Below are positions 23,771 to 34,295 of a DNA stretch of 51,450 nucleotides, piece after piece. Every line of letters starts with the position of its first letter. Position 1 is the first letter of the stretch. A program made the position numbers and the translations under genes. Origin of the DNA: Octopus bimaculoides (Eukaryota); the NCBI RefSeq assembly GCF_001194135.2, contig NC_068982.1:153805300-153856749 (forward strand), in the 5' to 3' direction. The notes under the pieces were generated by a model. That model did not search any database. It was not told where the DNA came from and worked only from the letters and a program-made list of their open reading frames with translations.

Positions 23771-23790
23771 ATAGACATACACATGCATAA

Positions 23791-23792
<2 letters not shown>

Positions 23793-23860
<68 letters not shown>
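23793..23860. repeat. (GATA)n microsatellite
   Basis: Visible directly. Confidence 0.97.
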
Positions 23861-23861
<1 letters not shown>

Positions 23862-24264
23862 TAGGCACTTATATATGTATATATATATATATGTGTGTGT
23901 ACGTATATATATGTTTATATGTATGTACATATGTATGCATGTGTTCTTATATGAATACGTATATATCTATCTTATTGCACTTTGGAGCGAATATTTAACA
24001 CAGAACATTAGTTTTTCCCGCCTTCGATTATTGATCGATTGATTCTCTTGATTAATTCTAGAATTTTCAGGCAGACAATTTTTCATAAGCATCAAAAGAC
24101 CTTGTGATCTTTCATAATAATCATCGTCTTTTTTTCTTTTATCTTTGATCGGTATTTTTAGTGAGGCCAGATACATTGAAGCAATGTTTCATTTCATGGC
24201 TGGTAAAAGGCTCTATATTCTCTATTTAATTGTTCGTTTTCATCTTCTCGCATTGATGTTGATT

Positions 24265-24288
24265 ATCGTCGTCGTCATCATCATCATC

Positions 24289-24320
<32 letters not shown>

Positions 24321-24438
24321 CATTATTGTCGTCGTCAATATTATTATTATCATTATTATTATCATCATCATCATCATCATCACCATTATTACTATTATTA
24401 TTATCGATGTTGCTTTTGTTGTTTTTCTTGTTGTTGTT

Positions 24439-24482
<44 letters not shown>
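24265..24482. repeat. Compound trinucleotide tract (GTC)(ATC)(ATT)(GTT)(GTA)
   Basis: Visible directly; source of ORF 24145-24663. Confidence 0.95.
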
Positions 24483-24483
<1 letters not shown>

Positions 24484-25030
24484 TCGGAATACGAGTGGAC
24501 GTCTTCAGATACAGGTCTGTGGAAAAGTCAGATTACAGTGTTTATACAGAGCGAAAAAAATATTGTTATTCTTTTTTTTCTTTATTGTGTACTTGTGTAT
24601 CGGGGAGAATGGGTTGTTTTGTTTTGTCTTGTTTTGTGTTTGGAATATTTGCTTTTTTCTTAGACTATTATTTCTTTTTCTTTTTTTGTATCGTACAATG
24701 TAGATTCTATATTCTAGAACATTTGTTTATTTACGTTTGTTACTTTTGTAAGGAAAAAATAAGGTTTATATTTGAATACGTTTATTTCAGTTTATAAATA
24801 TTCACTTCTCTGAGTGTAGCACTTCTTTTTATTTTTCTAGTGAATAAGCCCCAACCCAGAATTTTTAACATGTTTTCAAGAATTTGTAAACAATAATAAG
24901 AGACAAAAAAAAAATTAACATTGCTCAAAACAGAAGAAATGGCAGTTTCTTGTAAACCACACAACACCGAAAACGGTAACAAAGGTAATAAACCGTTTGA
25001 TAATGTTATCAGCCAAATAATAATAATAAT

Positions 25031-25530
25031 ACAATTCCATTAGCCACAACAAAAGTTGCTGGAAAAAATAGGTGGGATTGGCTGATGAAAGGAACCCTAA
25101 AAAAAAGACATCAAAAGCAATAGACTGGCAGCACATGACCAAGTTCTGGCCACGGACTGGAGCGTCAACCTGAGAAATGAGCAAATGTCTCCGCTGTGCC
25201 GTATCTGCAATAGAGTGGATGAAACCATTGTCCATATCACGAACGAATGCCCTAGATTTGCCCAAAATTACTACATGTGGCGACACGACCAGGTAGCGAA
25301 AGTGCTACAGTGTAATCTGTGTCAAAAGTTGGGGCTAGAAAGAGGCAAGACGAAGTATGAACACAAATCGCAAAGAGTGAGAGTCGGAGACTAGTAAAAT
25401 CCTCTGTGATTTCCCAATCCAAGCGGTTCAGGTGCCAGAGCATAACAGACCGGACGCAGTTGGAGTGGACAAGATGTACCACATACGTTATATAGTTGGC
25501 GTTGCACCACATACGTTATATAGTTGACCA
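25031..25530 (+). mobile_element. R4/Dong-like LINE fragment (CCHC + start of REL)
   Basis: QF..WDWLMKGTLK..AAHDQ, CRICNRVDETIVHITNECP..RHDQVAK, ILCDFPIQ..HNRPD. Starts immediately after (AAT)5. Confidence 0.9.
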
Positions 25531-25573
25531 ATGAATAGTCAAGAAGGAAGGCAAAAAGATAGATAGATAGATA

Positions 25574-26177
25574 ACTTTCTTTTATTAGCCACACAGGGCT
25601 GCACACAGAGGGGACAAATACAATTGTAGAGCTTTTCTTTAAAAAAAAAAAGGTAAAATAAAAATTAAAAAATCCGATCATNNNNNNNNNNNNNNNNNNN
25701 NNNNNGGGGGGGGGGGATCGTATATCACAGAAAATGTCAATTGTGTAAAATGGGGTAACATTAGGTTTATCCATGGAGAGAAAAGCCTACGGAAAAGACC
25801 ATGGTAACCTCAGCAGGGAATAGACACATGAGAGCAAAGTGTTCTCTCTCTCTCTTTTTTATTTTTTTCTCGATTTATAGGATCATACTCAAAGAGGTAT
25901 CGTCACTCGCACGCACCATCTTTGCTACATTCACCCACCTTTTAAGGAAACTTTCACGAGACAAAAACTGTCTCTCTATTCTCACCTTCCTTTTCAAGTG
26001 ATACTTGAAAAAGTTGATGAGCGATTGGCCAGAGAGGTAAGTTTTCGTCTCTAATCCTTTCGCTCGGGTCCATCACACACATTCTTTCACCATGGCCACC
26101 AGTATGATGAACACTGCCTTGCCTTCCCTGTTGAGGGACGGTGGCGGAGCAATTTGCACAATAGACTCGGCTGACAG
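25574..26177 (-). mobile_element. 5'-truncated Tx1/L1-like LINE, 3' end (copy 1)
   Basis: Minus LSAESIV..KECVWWTRAKGLETKTYLSGQSLINFFKYHLKRKVRIER..SMIL*, followed by a 3'UTR. Homologous to 36941-37996. Confidence 0.85.
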
Positions 26178-26181
26178 ATAA

Positions 26182-26212
<31 letters not shown>

Positions 26213-26324
26213 CAACTCTCATAAGTACGAAATAGCTCGGCTACGGAAAATGAGGATAGTGCCAGGTAAAATATGTATTTTAAAAGAATTAAGAAATAAA
26301 TAAATTCATGAATGGATGTTATTT

Positions 26325-26454
26325 TTACAGCGATAATGCTCTTCTTAATACATGAGTCGTTCCAGTTAACTCAATTTTTTGCACTTCCTGTGGGGATGGT
26401 AAGCCCGGTATCATTTTCAAATAGGTTTCAGTACCTTTTTTAACATTCCTAGAG
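26325..26454 (-). mobile_element. Extreme 3' end of an R4/Dong-like LINE
   Basis: YLKMIPGLPSPQEVQKIELTGTTHVLRRALSL*. The 5' side abuts the (ATT)/(GTT)n tract at 26455-26550. Confidence 0.75.
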
Positions 26455-26455
26455 A

Positions 26456-26486
<31 letters not shown>

Positions 26487-26502
26487 TATTATTGTTATTG
26501 TT

Positions 26503-26544
<42 letters not shown>

Positions 26545-26779
26545 ATTATTTTCATTTGCATCTTTCAATTGTGCTTCCATTTCTTGACGAGTGTCTTCCT
26601 GATACCTAGGGCAGAGAAACGTACTGTATACATTGGTAAACTATTAAAATAAACAGACCAGATTGTTCATTTACAAAGTCATGTGACAGAGAAAAGGGGG
26701 CGGACAGAGAGAAGGAAAGATTAAAAAATTAAAAAGTAAATAAATAAAATAAAATGGGGGAAAAAGGAAAGAAAATTCA

Positions 26780-26852
26780 CGATAATGCTCTTCTCAATAC
26801 GTGTGACGTACCAGTTAAGACAATCTTTGGAACTTCCTGCATGGATGGTAAG
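26780..26852 (-). mobile_element. Second copy of the same R4/Dong 3' terminus
   Basis: GATAATGCTCTTCTCAATACGTG..CCAGTTAA..ACTTCCTG..GGATGGTAAG aligns with 26332-26403. Confidence 0.7.
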
Positions 26853-27465
26853 AAAAGAGGGTGGCCGTGGACTTTTACAACTGGAATTAACGATGAAGAT
26901 TACCACAACTGGCCTAAACATCTACCTGATTGATGACTGGAGGTTAAAACTCTGATGACTGGATGCTAAAACTTGTCTTAAAGCATTAAAACAAGAAAAC
27001 ATCATAATCATTAACAAAACAGGCAAAGAAATATTTAAGTGAATGCCAAATGCAACAAATCCCAGAATTAGACGTACTGGAAACAAGCACAGAAAAAGCT
27101 AAGCCTATGAAAACTCGTGCTAAAACTGCTGCCTTAGATATTCTTACTGATAAATGGCAAGAAAAAAAACCTCTCAATGGCAAATACCCAAAGAGAGTTA
27201 ATAATGCCGTTGTTGACAAAGCCCTTGCCCATCAATGGTTAGTGTCTGGCTTAAAATCAGAGACAGAAGGGTTTATTATAGCAGCTCAAGATCAATGCCT
27301 ACCTACAAGAAGCTACAAGGTCGACATCTTAATGAACGGCAGTAGCCTATGTAATGTATATAAACAACAAAACGAAACCGTTGATCACGTTGTTTCCATG
27401 TGCAGTCTTCTTGCGCCTACAGAGTATCTCAACAGACATGATAGAGCAGCACAGTATATTGACTG
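26848..27465 (+). mobile_element. R4/Dong-like LINE fragment (post-RT to CCHC)
   Basis: RKEGGRGLLQLE..KWQEKKPLNGKY..HQWL..GLKSETEGFIIAAQDQCLPT..ETVDHVVSMC..RHDRAAQYI. Confidence 0.9.
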
Positions 27466-28602
27466 TGTGCTTAAATTTATTTGGAATTGCGAGGAATGTA
27501 ACGTGTTTCCTGAAGAGAAGTATGTTGGGCTGCAAAACTAAGTTGTCATCCTACGGAAAAAGTTTGGGCACCCTGGGAATCAGAAGAGGTATTTTCCAAG
27601 GTGATAGCTTATCTCCGTTGATTTTATTCTCTGCATGACCACTCTGACCTTAGTACTAAGGAAAATGAACTTGGGTATCAGCTAAAGGGAAAATCTTAAA
27701 CAATTAACCACTTCTTCTTCATGGATGATTTGAAGCTGTATGGCAAGGATGAGACCCAAGTGAGTTATTTGGTGAACATGGTCCATTGTGTTAGTGTTGA
27801 TATTAGAATGAAATTCGGTCTCAAGAAGTATAGTAAATCTACCTGAAAAGAGGCAAGGTACAGTCCCTAGCAAATATAGAGAAAAGGAAGGCTACAAATG
27901 CCTCGGCATTCTAGAGTTCAACGAAATCATAGAGAAAGAAATTAAAGAACAGCTGACGATGGAATATTTTCGAAGACTAAGATTGGTGTTGCGCTCAAAA
28001 TTGACCGGATAGAATAAAATCCAAGCAGTTAATACATGGGCAATAACATCACGTCGGTATGGGGCTGGAGTCAAGAAATATTGACAGTGCACGGAGCCTT
28101 CTACCGTAAGAGTGACACCAGTAGGCAGTACTTGTCCAGAACAAAGGGTGAGAGAGGCTTAATCAGTTGTCAGGATTGTATCGAAGCAGAGAAAAATAGC
28201 TTAGGGTGATATGTGAGAAATACTGTGGAACCATTGTTGAAACATGTGAAAAGTCTGGCGTCATTAAAACTGATAATTGTGTAAAGAAAGAAAAACTTAA
28301 AGAGGAAAAGAACACAAAAAAAAGAAATAGCATGAAAGGAGAAAAAATGTACGGTCAGTGAGATGAGTAGACGTGATAATAATAGTAATCGGCGCACCTG
28401 GAAGTATCTGCACTCAACTACCAACATGTTTCAAAAAGATTGGCACAGACGTAAAGATAGAACACCTACAAAAATCAGCATTGCTTGGAACTGCAGGAAT
28501 TCTTGAAGCATAATCACTAAACAAGTGTCACCATAGTCTGCTGGCTGCGGACAGCGGACACTTTCCATCATACCCAGCAAAATAAGCTGAGAGTGTTCAT
28601 CA
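27466..28602 (+). mobile_element. Internally deleted R4/Dong-like LINE (RT core to 3' end)
   Basis: RRGIFQGDSLSPL, INHFFFMDDLKLYGK, YKCLGILE, KIQAVNTWA, GERGLISCQDCIEAE, MYGQ, then a jump to QKSALLGTA, a 3'UTR and (AAT)n. Many stops. Confidence 0.9.
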
Positions 28603-28618
28603 AATAATAATGATAATA

Positions 28619-29035
28619 ATTACTTGCCTACCATTTCTCTGGAAGCTATTAACTGGCATTATAGCAGATGAAGTATACAATTTTCTGGCAAAGAAGAGTC
28701 TATTTCCAAAGGAACAAAAAGAATGTAGGAAGAAATGAAGGAGAACTACTGATTTGTTATATACAGATAGTAGAATATTAAATGAGGTACGAGTAAGGAA
28801 GAAGAATTTAGCTTTTTGATGGATAGATTACAGGAAGGCTTGCAAGAATGTCCTACACAGCTACCTCTCGGAATGTCTGAGGACGTTAAGAGTCAGTGAG
28901 AAGTTAAACAACTTTTTGGAGAAAGCAATGAGAGCGTGAGAAGTGGAACTGACATATGCAAATGAACCGCGAGGCAACGTGAAAATATGCAGGAGGATTT
29001 TCCAAGGAGATTCGCTCTCTCCATTACCTTACCCT
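28619..29035 (+). mobile_element. R4/Dong-like RT fragment (N-terminal RT domains)
   Basis: ITCLPFLWKLLTGII..PKEQK..WIDYRKA..HSYL..IFQGDSLSPL. Begins directly after (AAT)n. Confidence 0.88.
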
Positions 29036-29449
29036 CAAAGTAGCAGCTGAAAGAAACACTGAATGATATATCGAACAGTGTGGTTTCTCAATATCGAAGA
29101 ATGTCATATGAGATTATATGTCTGGTTTTCAAATGGGAGGCCAACACAAGATGTTAGGCTGAGTAGTGTGTCTCACACATGTCATTGGTTCATGTCACAA
29201 TATGTGGTGATGAACCATACAAAGATCACAGCTCTTCTATTAACTGTGACACTGAGACTAAGATCGTCATCATCTTAGCGATTCAGTCTTGGCAGACTTT
29301 GAGAATTGACGAAGCCAAATACAACCGAACTTAGCATGTGATTTCTCACCCATAAGTATGTTTCCCAAATTTTGTTTTACGTTATTTTTATAATATATTT
29401 TATTGATGATTATGAGCTTTTAATCTGGTGTGGTGGTCTTCATGGTTGT

Positions 29450-29512
29450 GGTCGTGGTCGTGGTGGTCGTCATCGTAGAAATAGTAGTAGTAATAGCAAC
29501 AGCAACAGCAGT

Positions 29513-29582
<70 letters not shown>

Positions 29583-29583
29583 A
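29450..29583. repeat. (GTC)(AGC)(AGT)n compound microsatellite
   Basis: Visible directly. Confidence 0.93.
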
Positions 29584-30034
29584 CACCGTTCTCACTCATA
29601 AAACGCTTCCACGTGGACTCTGTTGAAACCAGTAAGAAACAATTATGAACTTTTCTTTTAATTATACTTTTTTTTAAAATTTGTATCTTTGAAAAGGTTC
29701 GTTTTTAAAAGAACCGAAACATGTAAAATATCTCTGAGAAAATTAAAATTTATCGTATATAGTGGCGTTTTCAAACTTCTTTTTTATAAATATATATATA
29801 TATATATATACATTATCCCATCATTTTGTGTATATCAGATGACATTACCTGATGCCTTTTCAAAATCAAAGCTTATAAAGTAATGAAACATGAAAGGGAA
29901 ACAAATCATTTTTGAAATATTTTTTTTTAATCCGTAGGAAATTTTAGATAAATAAATAACTTCAAAAACTTGAAAAAAATCATTTATAAGAAATATTGAA
30001 ATTACTAAACGGTAAAATGCGAAAGTATATTTAT

Positions 30035-30640
30035 ACTAATGAAACAGCTCTGTAAACGTTTTAATGACATAGCTGGTGATAGTTACCTTGATATCCCAGG
30101 AGTTGCTATAATGACATATTTAGTAGTAGCTAAAATGATGCACCTGAGCCTTGGCTTTGATGACATAGATAACTAGTTCTAGACAAAGTTCAGCCCAATG
30201 TCGGTTGTATTAAAAGAACTTCGTGGTGGTTCTAGTGACACAGCTCAGAATTATTTGTAAACAAAACATCAGTAGCGGTTGTAATGAAGCACTTCATCTG
30301 CGTTTTAATGACACAGCTTAGTAGTGGTCAAAATGATACAGATCAGTGTTAGTTGCCAAGACACAACGCAAGTAGTTGAAGTGAGATCCCAGTGCCAGTT
30401 ATATATGACACAGTTTAATGACGATTTTTATGAAATTCCTAAGTAGTTGATGAAATGGCACAAGGGAGCAACGGTTGTAATAACGCAGCTAGGTTAGAAA
30501 CGGCTGTGTATTAACTGTATTAAAACAGCTAAGCGGTGGTTGTAATGACACAATTTGATTATGATTGTAATAAAATAACTTAATGCTAGATGCAGTAACT
30601 CTAGTAACTGTAATGGCGCACATCAACAGTGATTGTAATG
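30035..30640. repeat. Highly degenerate minisatellite, ~24-bp unit (consensus approx. GGTTGTAATGACACAGCTCAGTAG)
   Basis: AATGAC.CAGCT-like motifs recur at about 30063, 30110, 30159, 30234, 30281, 30307, 30331, 30403, 30477, 30542, 30566, 30610 and 30634. Most spacings are near 24, 48 or 72. Confidence 0.65.
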
Positions 30641-31059
30641 ACTTTTGCATTTCCTGGAATGATGCAGTTCAAAAATGCTTCAAACAAAACAGCTCGGCAG
30701 TATGAAATCTGGCTACATCTTTCGTATCTTTACTTTGGAGTGGTAGATGCAAGCTTGGGAGATACTTCACAGTCTGTTCAGCCTGGTATAATCAAATACA
30801 TTTTGTCCTCAATCAAGTTTGTATGCAGATATTTGGATTCACTTGTTATTTTCTTTGCTGCTGTACTTTTGCTGAGAAACTTTCAGAATTATTTGCATAC
30901 TTTTCAAAGCATACCATGTTATAGTAGCACACATGGAGATCCTGCACAATATTTATTTTGAAAAACATCCAGAATTTATTGCAACAAACAGTATCTTGTG
31001 GATCTTAAAAGCACGGAGACACTTCTTCCATAATTTCTTTTAGTTATATTACAAAATAT

Positions 31060-31097
<38 letters not shown>

Positions 31098-31348
31098 NNN
31101 NNNNNNNNNNNNNNNNNNNNNNNNNNNNNNNNNNNNNNNNNNNNNNNNNNNNNNNNNNNNNNNNNNNNNNNNNNNNNNNNNNNNNNNNNNNNNNNNNNNN
31201 NNNNNNNNNNNNNNNNNNNNNNNNNNNNNNNNNNNNNNNNNNNNNNNNNNNNNNNNNNNNNNNNNNNNNNNNNNNNNNNNNNNNNNNNNNNNNNNNNNNN
31301 NNNNNNNNNNNNNNNNNNNNNNNNNNNNNNNNNNNNNNNNNNNNNNNN

Positions 31349-31401
<53 letters not shown>

Positions 31402-32335
31402 CGCGCATATATATATTATAAATATATATATATATCGTGTTTCAGACAGAAAAGAAATCTATACGTTTTAACCATTCCATTACTTGCTGCTTATAGTTGC
31501 ACAAAATTTTAATATAAGAGAACGTAATGCAGAGGTAAAAATCAGAATTTTTTATCAATGATGCCGTTTAACGTTATGTTGGATATGAATGCTATCAAAC
31601 TGGATATTTCCCTGATTTTTAAGATCTGCAGCGATTATGAGCAATTTATTGAATAGTAAAAAAGTTAGAAAACTGGGGGTTTTTTTTCATTCTGATCTTT
31701 CCCTCATGAGAAACAAAAATTAAATTCGAAACAAAGAATCAATTTCACGAATAAAATCTTAATCTATACTTCCGAAAACTCACTTCTCTCAAATTTCATA
31801 AGAGATATGCATTACTAAGAAAATTGTGAAGAAACAAATTCAGACTTTGAATTCCTGTTTCAAATTCGGACTTTGAATGTTTAAACTGTACTTCTGTGCA
31901 AACCTATATTTATACACAAATTATTAACAGTTATTTGGTTTTCTTGTTCTAAAACTGCGATGAATGTTTTAGATATCGGGATAAAATTTGAAAAATTATG
32001 ATAAATTTTATAACCAACACTGAAGGGAACACGTGAAATTCCAATTTATTGGGTGCATATTTGTTGGTTAAATCGTATTTTAGCGTGCACTGGATCAAAA
32101 TAGATAATCTTAAAACTTTGAATAAAACGTTAGAAATACACACTAAATACTGTATACATATAGTTTCTATTTATAAAATTATGAAAGGATTTTATGCTGA
32201 ACGTATAAACTTATCTTACTGTTAATGATAAAATGATACTCAATCATTGTAAAATACACGCATAATTTCTAGCATCTAGTCCTCTAAACACGAATTGGAT
32301 GTATGCATGTTAACATTGCCAATTTATGTATGTAT

Positions 32336-32405
32336 TTAGGTATTTAGGTAGGTAGGTAGGTAGGTAGGTAGGTAGGTAGGTAGGTAGGTAGGTAGGTAGG
32401 TAGGT
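32336..32405. repeat. (TAGG)n microsatellite
   Basis: Visible directly. Confidence 0.95.
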
Positions 32406-32417
32406 GTATATTATATG

Positions 32418-32545
32418 TGAAGGCGCGCATGGCTTACGGATTATTTTCGGTTCATGATCATAAGGTCATGGCTCAATTTCTGGACTGGGTAAAGTTGTGG
32501 CTTTGAGCAAAACCACATTCATTGTTCCAGGCTACTCAGCTGTAA
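32418..32545 (+). mobile_element. tRNA-derived SINE 5' part (third family)
   Basis: GGCGCGCATGGCTTA..TCATGATCATAAGGTCATGGCTCAATT..GTTGTGGCTTTGAGCAA..ACTCAGCTG: a tRNA-like head plus a CORE/MIR-like segment. Confidence 0.6.
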
Positions 32546-32781
32546 TGCAGCTAGGTGGTAATGCAACTAGGTGCTAATGCAGTTCGTTGGTACTCATTAC
32601 AATTGTCATGTCCTCCCTCTCCTCCTGATTATTCTGCATGGTCAGTGGTAGTATGACTGAGAGGAAGACTTTCTACGACAATGCAGACGTCTAAAACTAT
32701 TAGAGAAAGCACGCTACATGTTTTCTTGCAAAGTTCGCTCGCGAATGACGAGTGTACTGTACTGATACACATACATAATCT

Positions 32782-32782
<1 letters not shown>

Positions 32783-32833
<51 letters not shown>

Positions 32834-32860
32834 ACTACTACTACTACTACTGCTGCTACT
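32783..32860. repeat. (ACT)(GCT)n microsatellite
   Basis: Visible directly. Confidence 0.93.
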
Positions 32861-33971
32861 GCTGTACTACCAGTGAATGCATGTCAACCTACTGCTGGTA
32901 GCACTTTTCTGACTACAAGCGTTTTTAGCACACGTAGTGCACTTCTCCATCGTCAGTAACAACAGCAACACCAACAGCACCCGGATACACGAGGAATCTT
33001 TCTATAAAAATAACTGATGTTGTTACCGGTAAATAAATGAAGGGATGATTTCAAGACACCGAATTCGAACAAGTGATATTAAACACTATAATGGAAGCTG
33101 AAGAGATATTATTTAAAAGCCCTTGATTTAGATAAGAATTGTTATAAATATTCTACATCAGAAGAAAATATGTTTCCAAATATTATAAATCACGTGAACA
33201 GTTTCACTTTACTCGAGGAATAGTCAATATAGAATCAAAGAATTAGACAAATATATTCATTCTTTGCATTAAAGTAATACGGTAAAATTTTGAATACAAT
33301 TGGAGGAAATGTCAGGGTAGTTATTAAGCCGCTCTGCCAGAGAAAGATAGGGTACCTTTAATATTTATTTCTAAAGAGACAAATACTTGACTACTTCATT
33401 TGGAGTAGCCCTCAGTTTAAAGCATTTGTAACTGTAAACATTGCTATCGTATCTTCGTGAAGAAAGATCAAAGGTAATTTTTGAAATAAATGGAACAAAT
33501 CAAATAACAATCTCTCAGACATGAACAGAACAATTCCATTTCGAATTATTGTCAAAAGCGGCAGACAAATGTAATGTGATTCTTACAGATCAATGTTTGG
33601 ATTCCAGTGAAGCAGATTTAATAAATAAGACAATTTCGTTACGCAATCAATTTTGACGAATATCACTCATGTAAGAGCTGTAGTTACACAGGAAAGTACG
33701 GCAGTTTATATTCGTTTATTTACTTTAGAATGTTTTGGTTGAATTAGTTTAACAAAGATTCTTGTTAGGATAAAATACTGATTCATTATAGTAACAACTG
33801 AACTAGGTAACAGAGTCGAATGTCATTCTACTCAATATTTCCCTAGCAAGATATGTATATAAATATGTGTGTCTGCGAGTGTGTTTGCGTGGATGAACGT
33901 ATGTATGTACGCATGTATGTATGCATGTATATATGTATGTATGTATGCATGCATGCATGTATGTATGTATG

Positions 33972-34003
<32 letters not shown>

Positions 34004-34174
34004 ATCATATATATGTTGTCTGTGCGTGTTTTAATATTTCGCTTAGGCATTGCGATACTAATAATCTGGTGTAGAACTCAATATACGTATGCTTCTGAAT
34101 GAGATGTTAGTCGAGTACAGAACGATAATAGGAAAACAAGGTGACAAAGTAATAAATGATTATCTTTTATGCAC

Positions 34175-34295
34175 TTCATTAGCTTGCAGCTGTTTCCTCT
34201 ATAAGATGCGGTGGATTTATAGTTGAGCGCCTGAGAACACCTTACAGTTTATCAGAGCTTCAAACATGCAGTGCGATTTATTTGGGAAGACAAAT
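34175..34295 (-). ncRNA. Hammerhead-like dispersed repeat (copy 2)
   Basis: Minus strand: AGCT-CTGATAA-ACTGTAAGGTG-(29 nt)-CATCTTATAGAG-GAAA-C-AGCT-G-CA-AGCT. Confidence 0.6.

Noticed and set aside
24145-24663. 172-aa hydrophobic ORF resembling a membrane protein
   Set aside because: Poly-I and poly-V come from trinucleotide microsatellites. The same applies to the YIYI, MYVC, LSIY, SLSL and poly-S/T/N ORFs elsewhere.
26560-26650. Possible structured RNA (HDV-like) upstream of the LINE cluster
   Set aside because: Helix spacing is inconsistent with the HDV fold and the catalytic C is absent.
30629-31050. 110-aa ORF, and faint hAT C-terminal resemblance on the minus strand
   Set aside because: No recognisable motif on the plus strand. 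The minus-strand similarity is too weak and interrupted.
33000-33800. Unique non-coding stretch with single TF-like motifs (AGATCAAAG, TTACGCAAT)
   Set aside because: Isolated 9-mers are expected by chance in 51 kb, and conservation cannot be assessed here.
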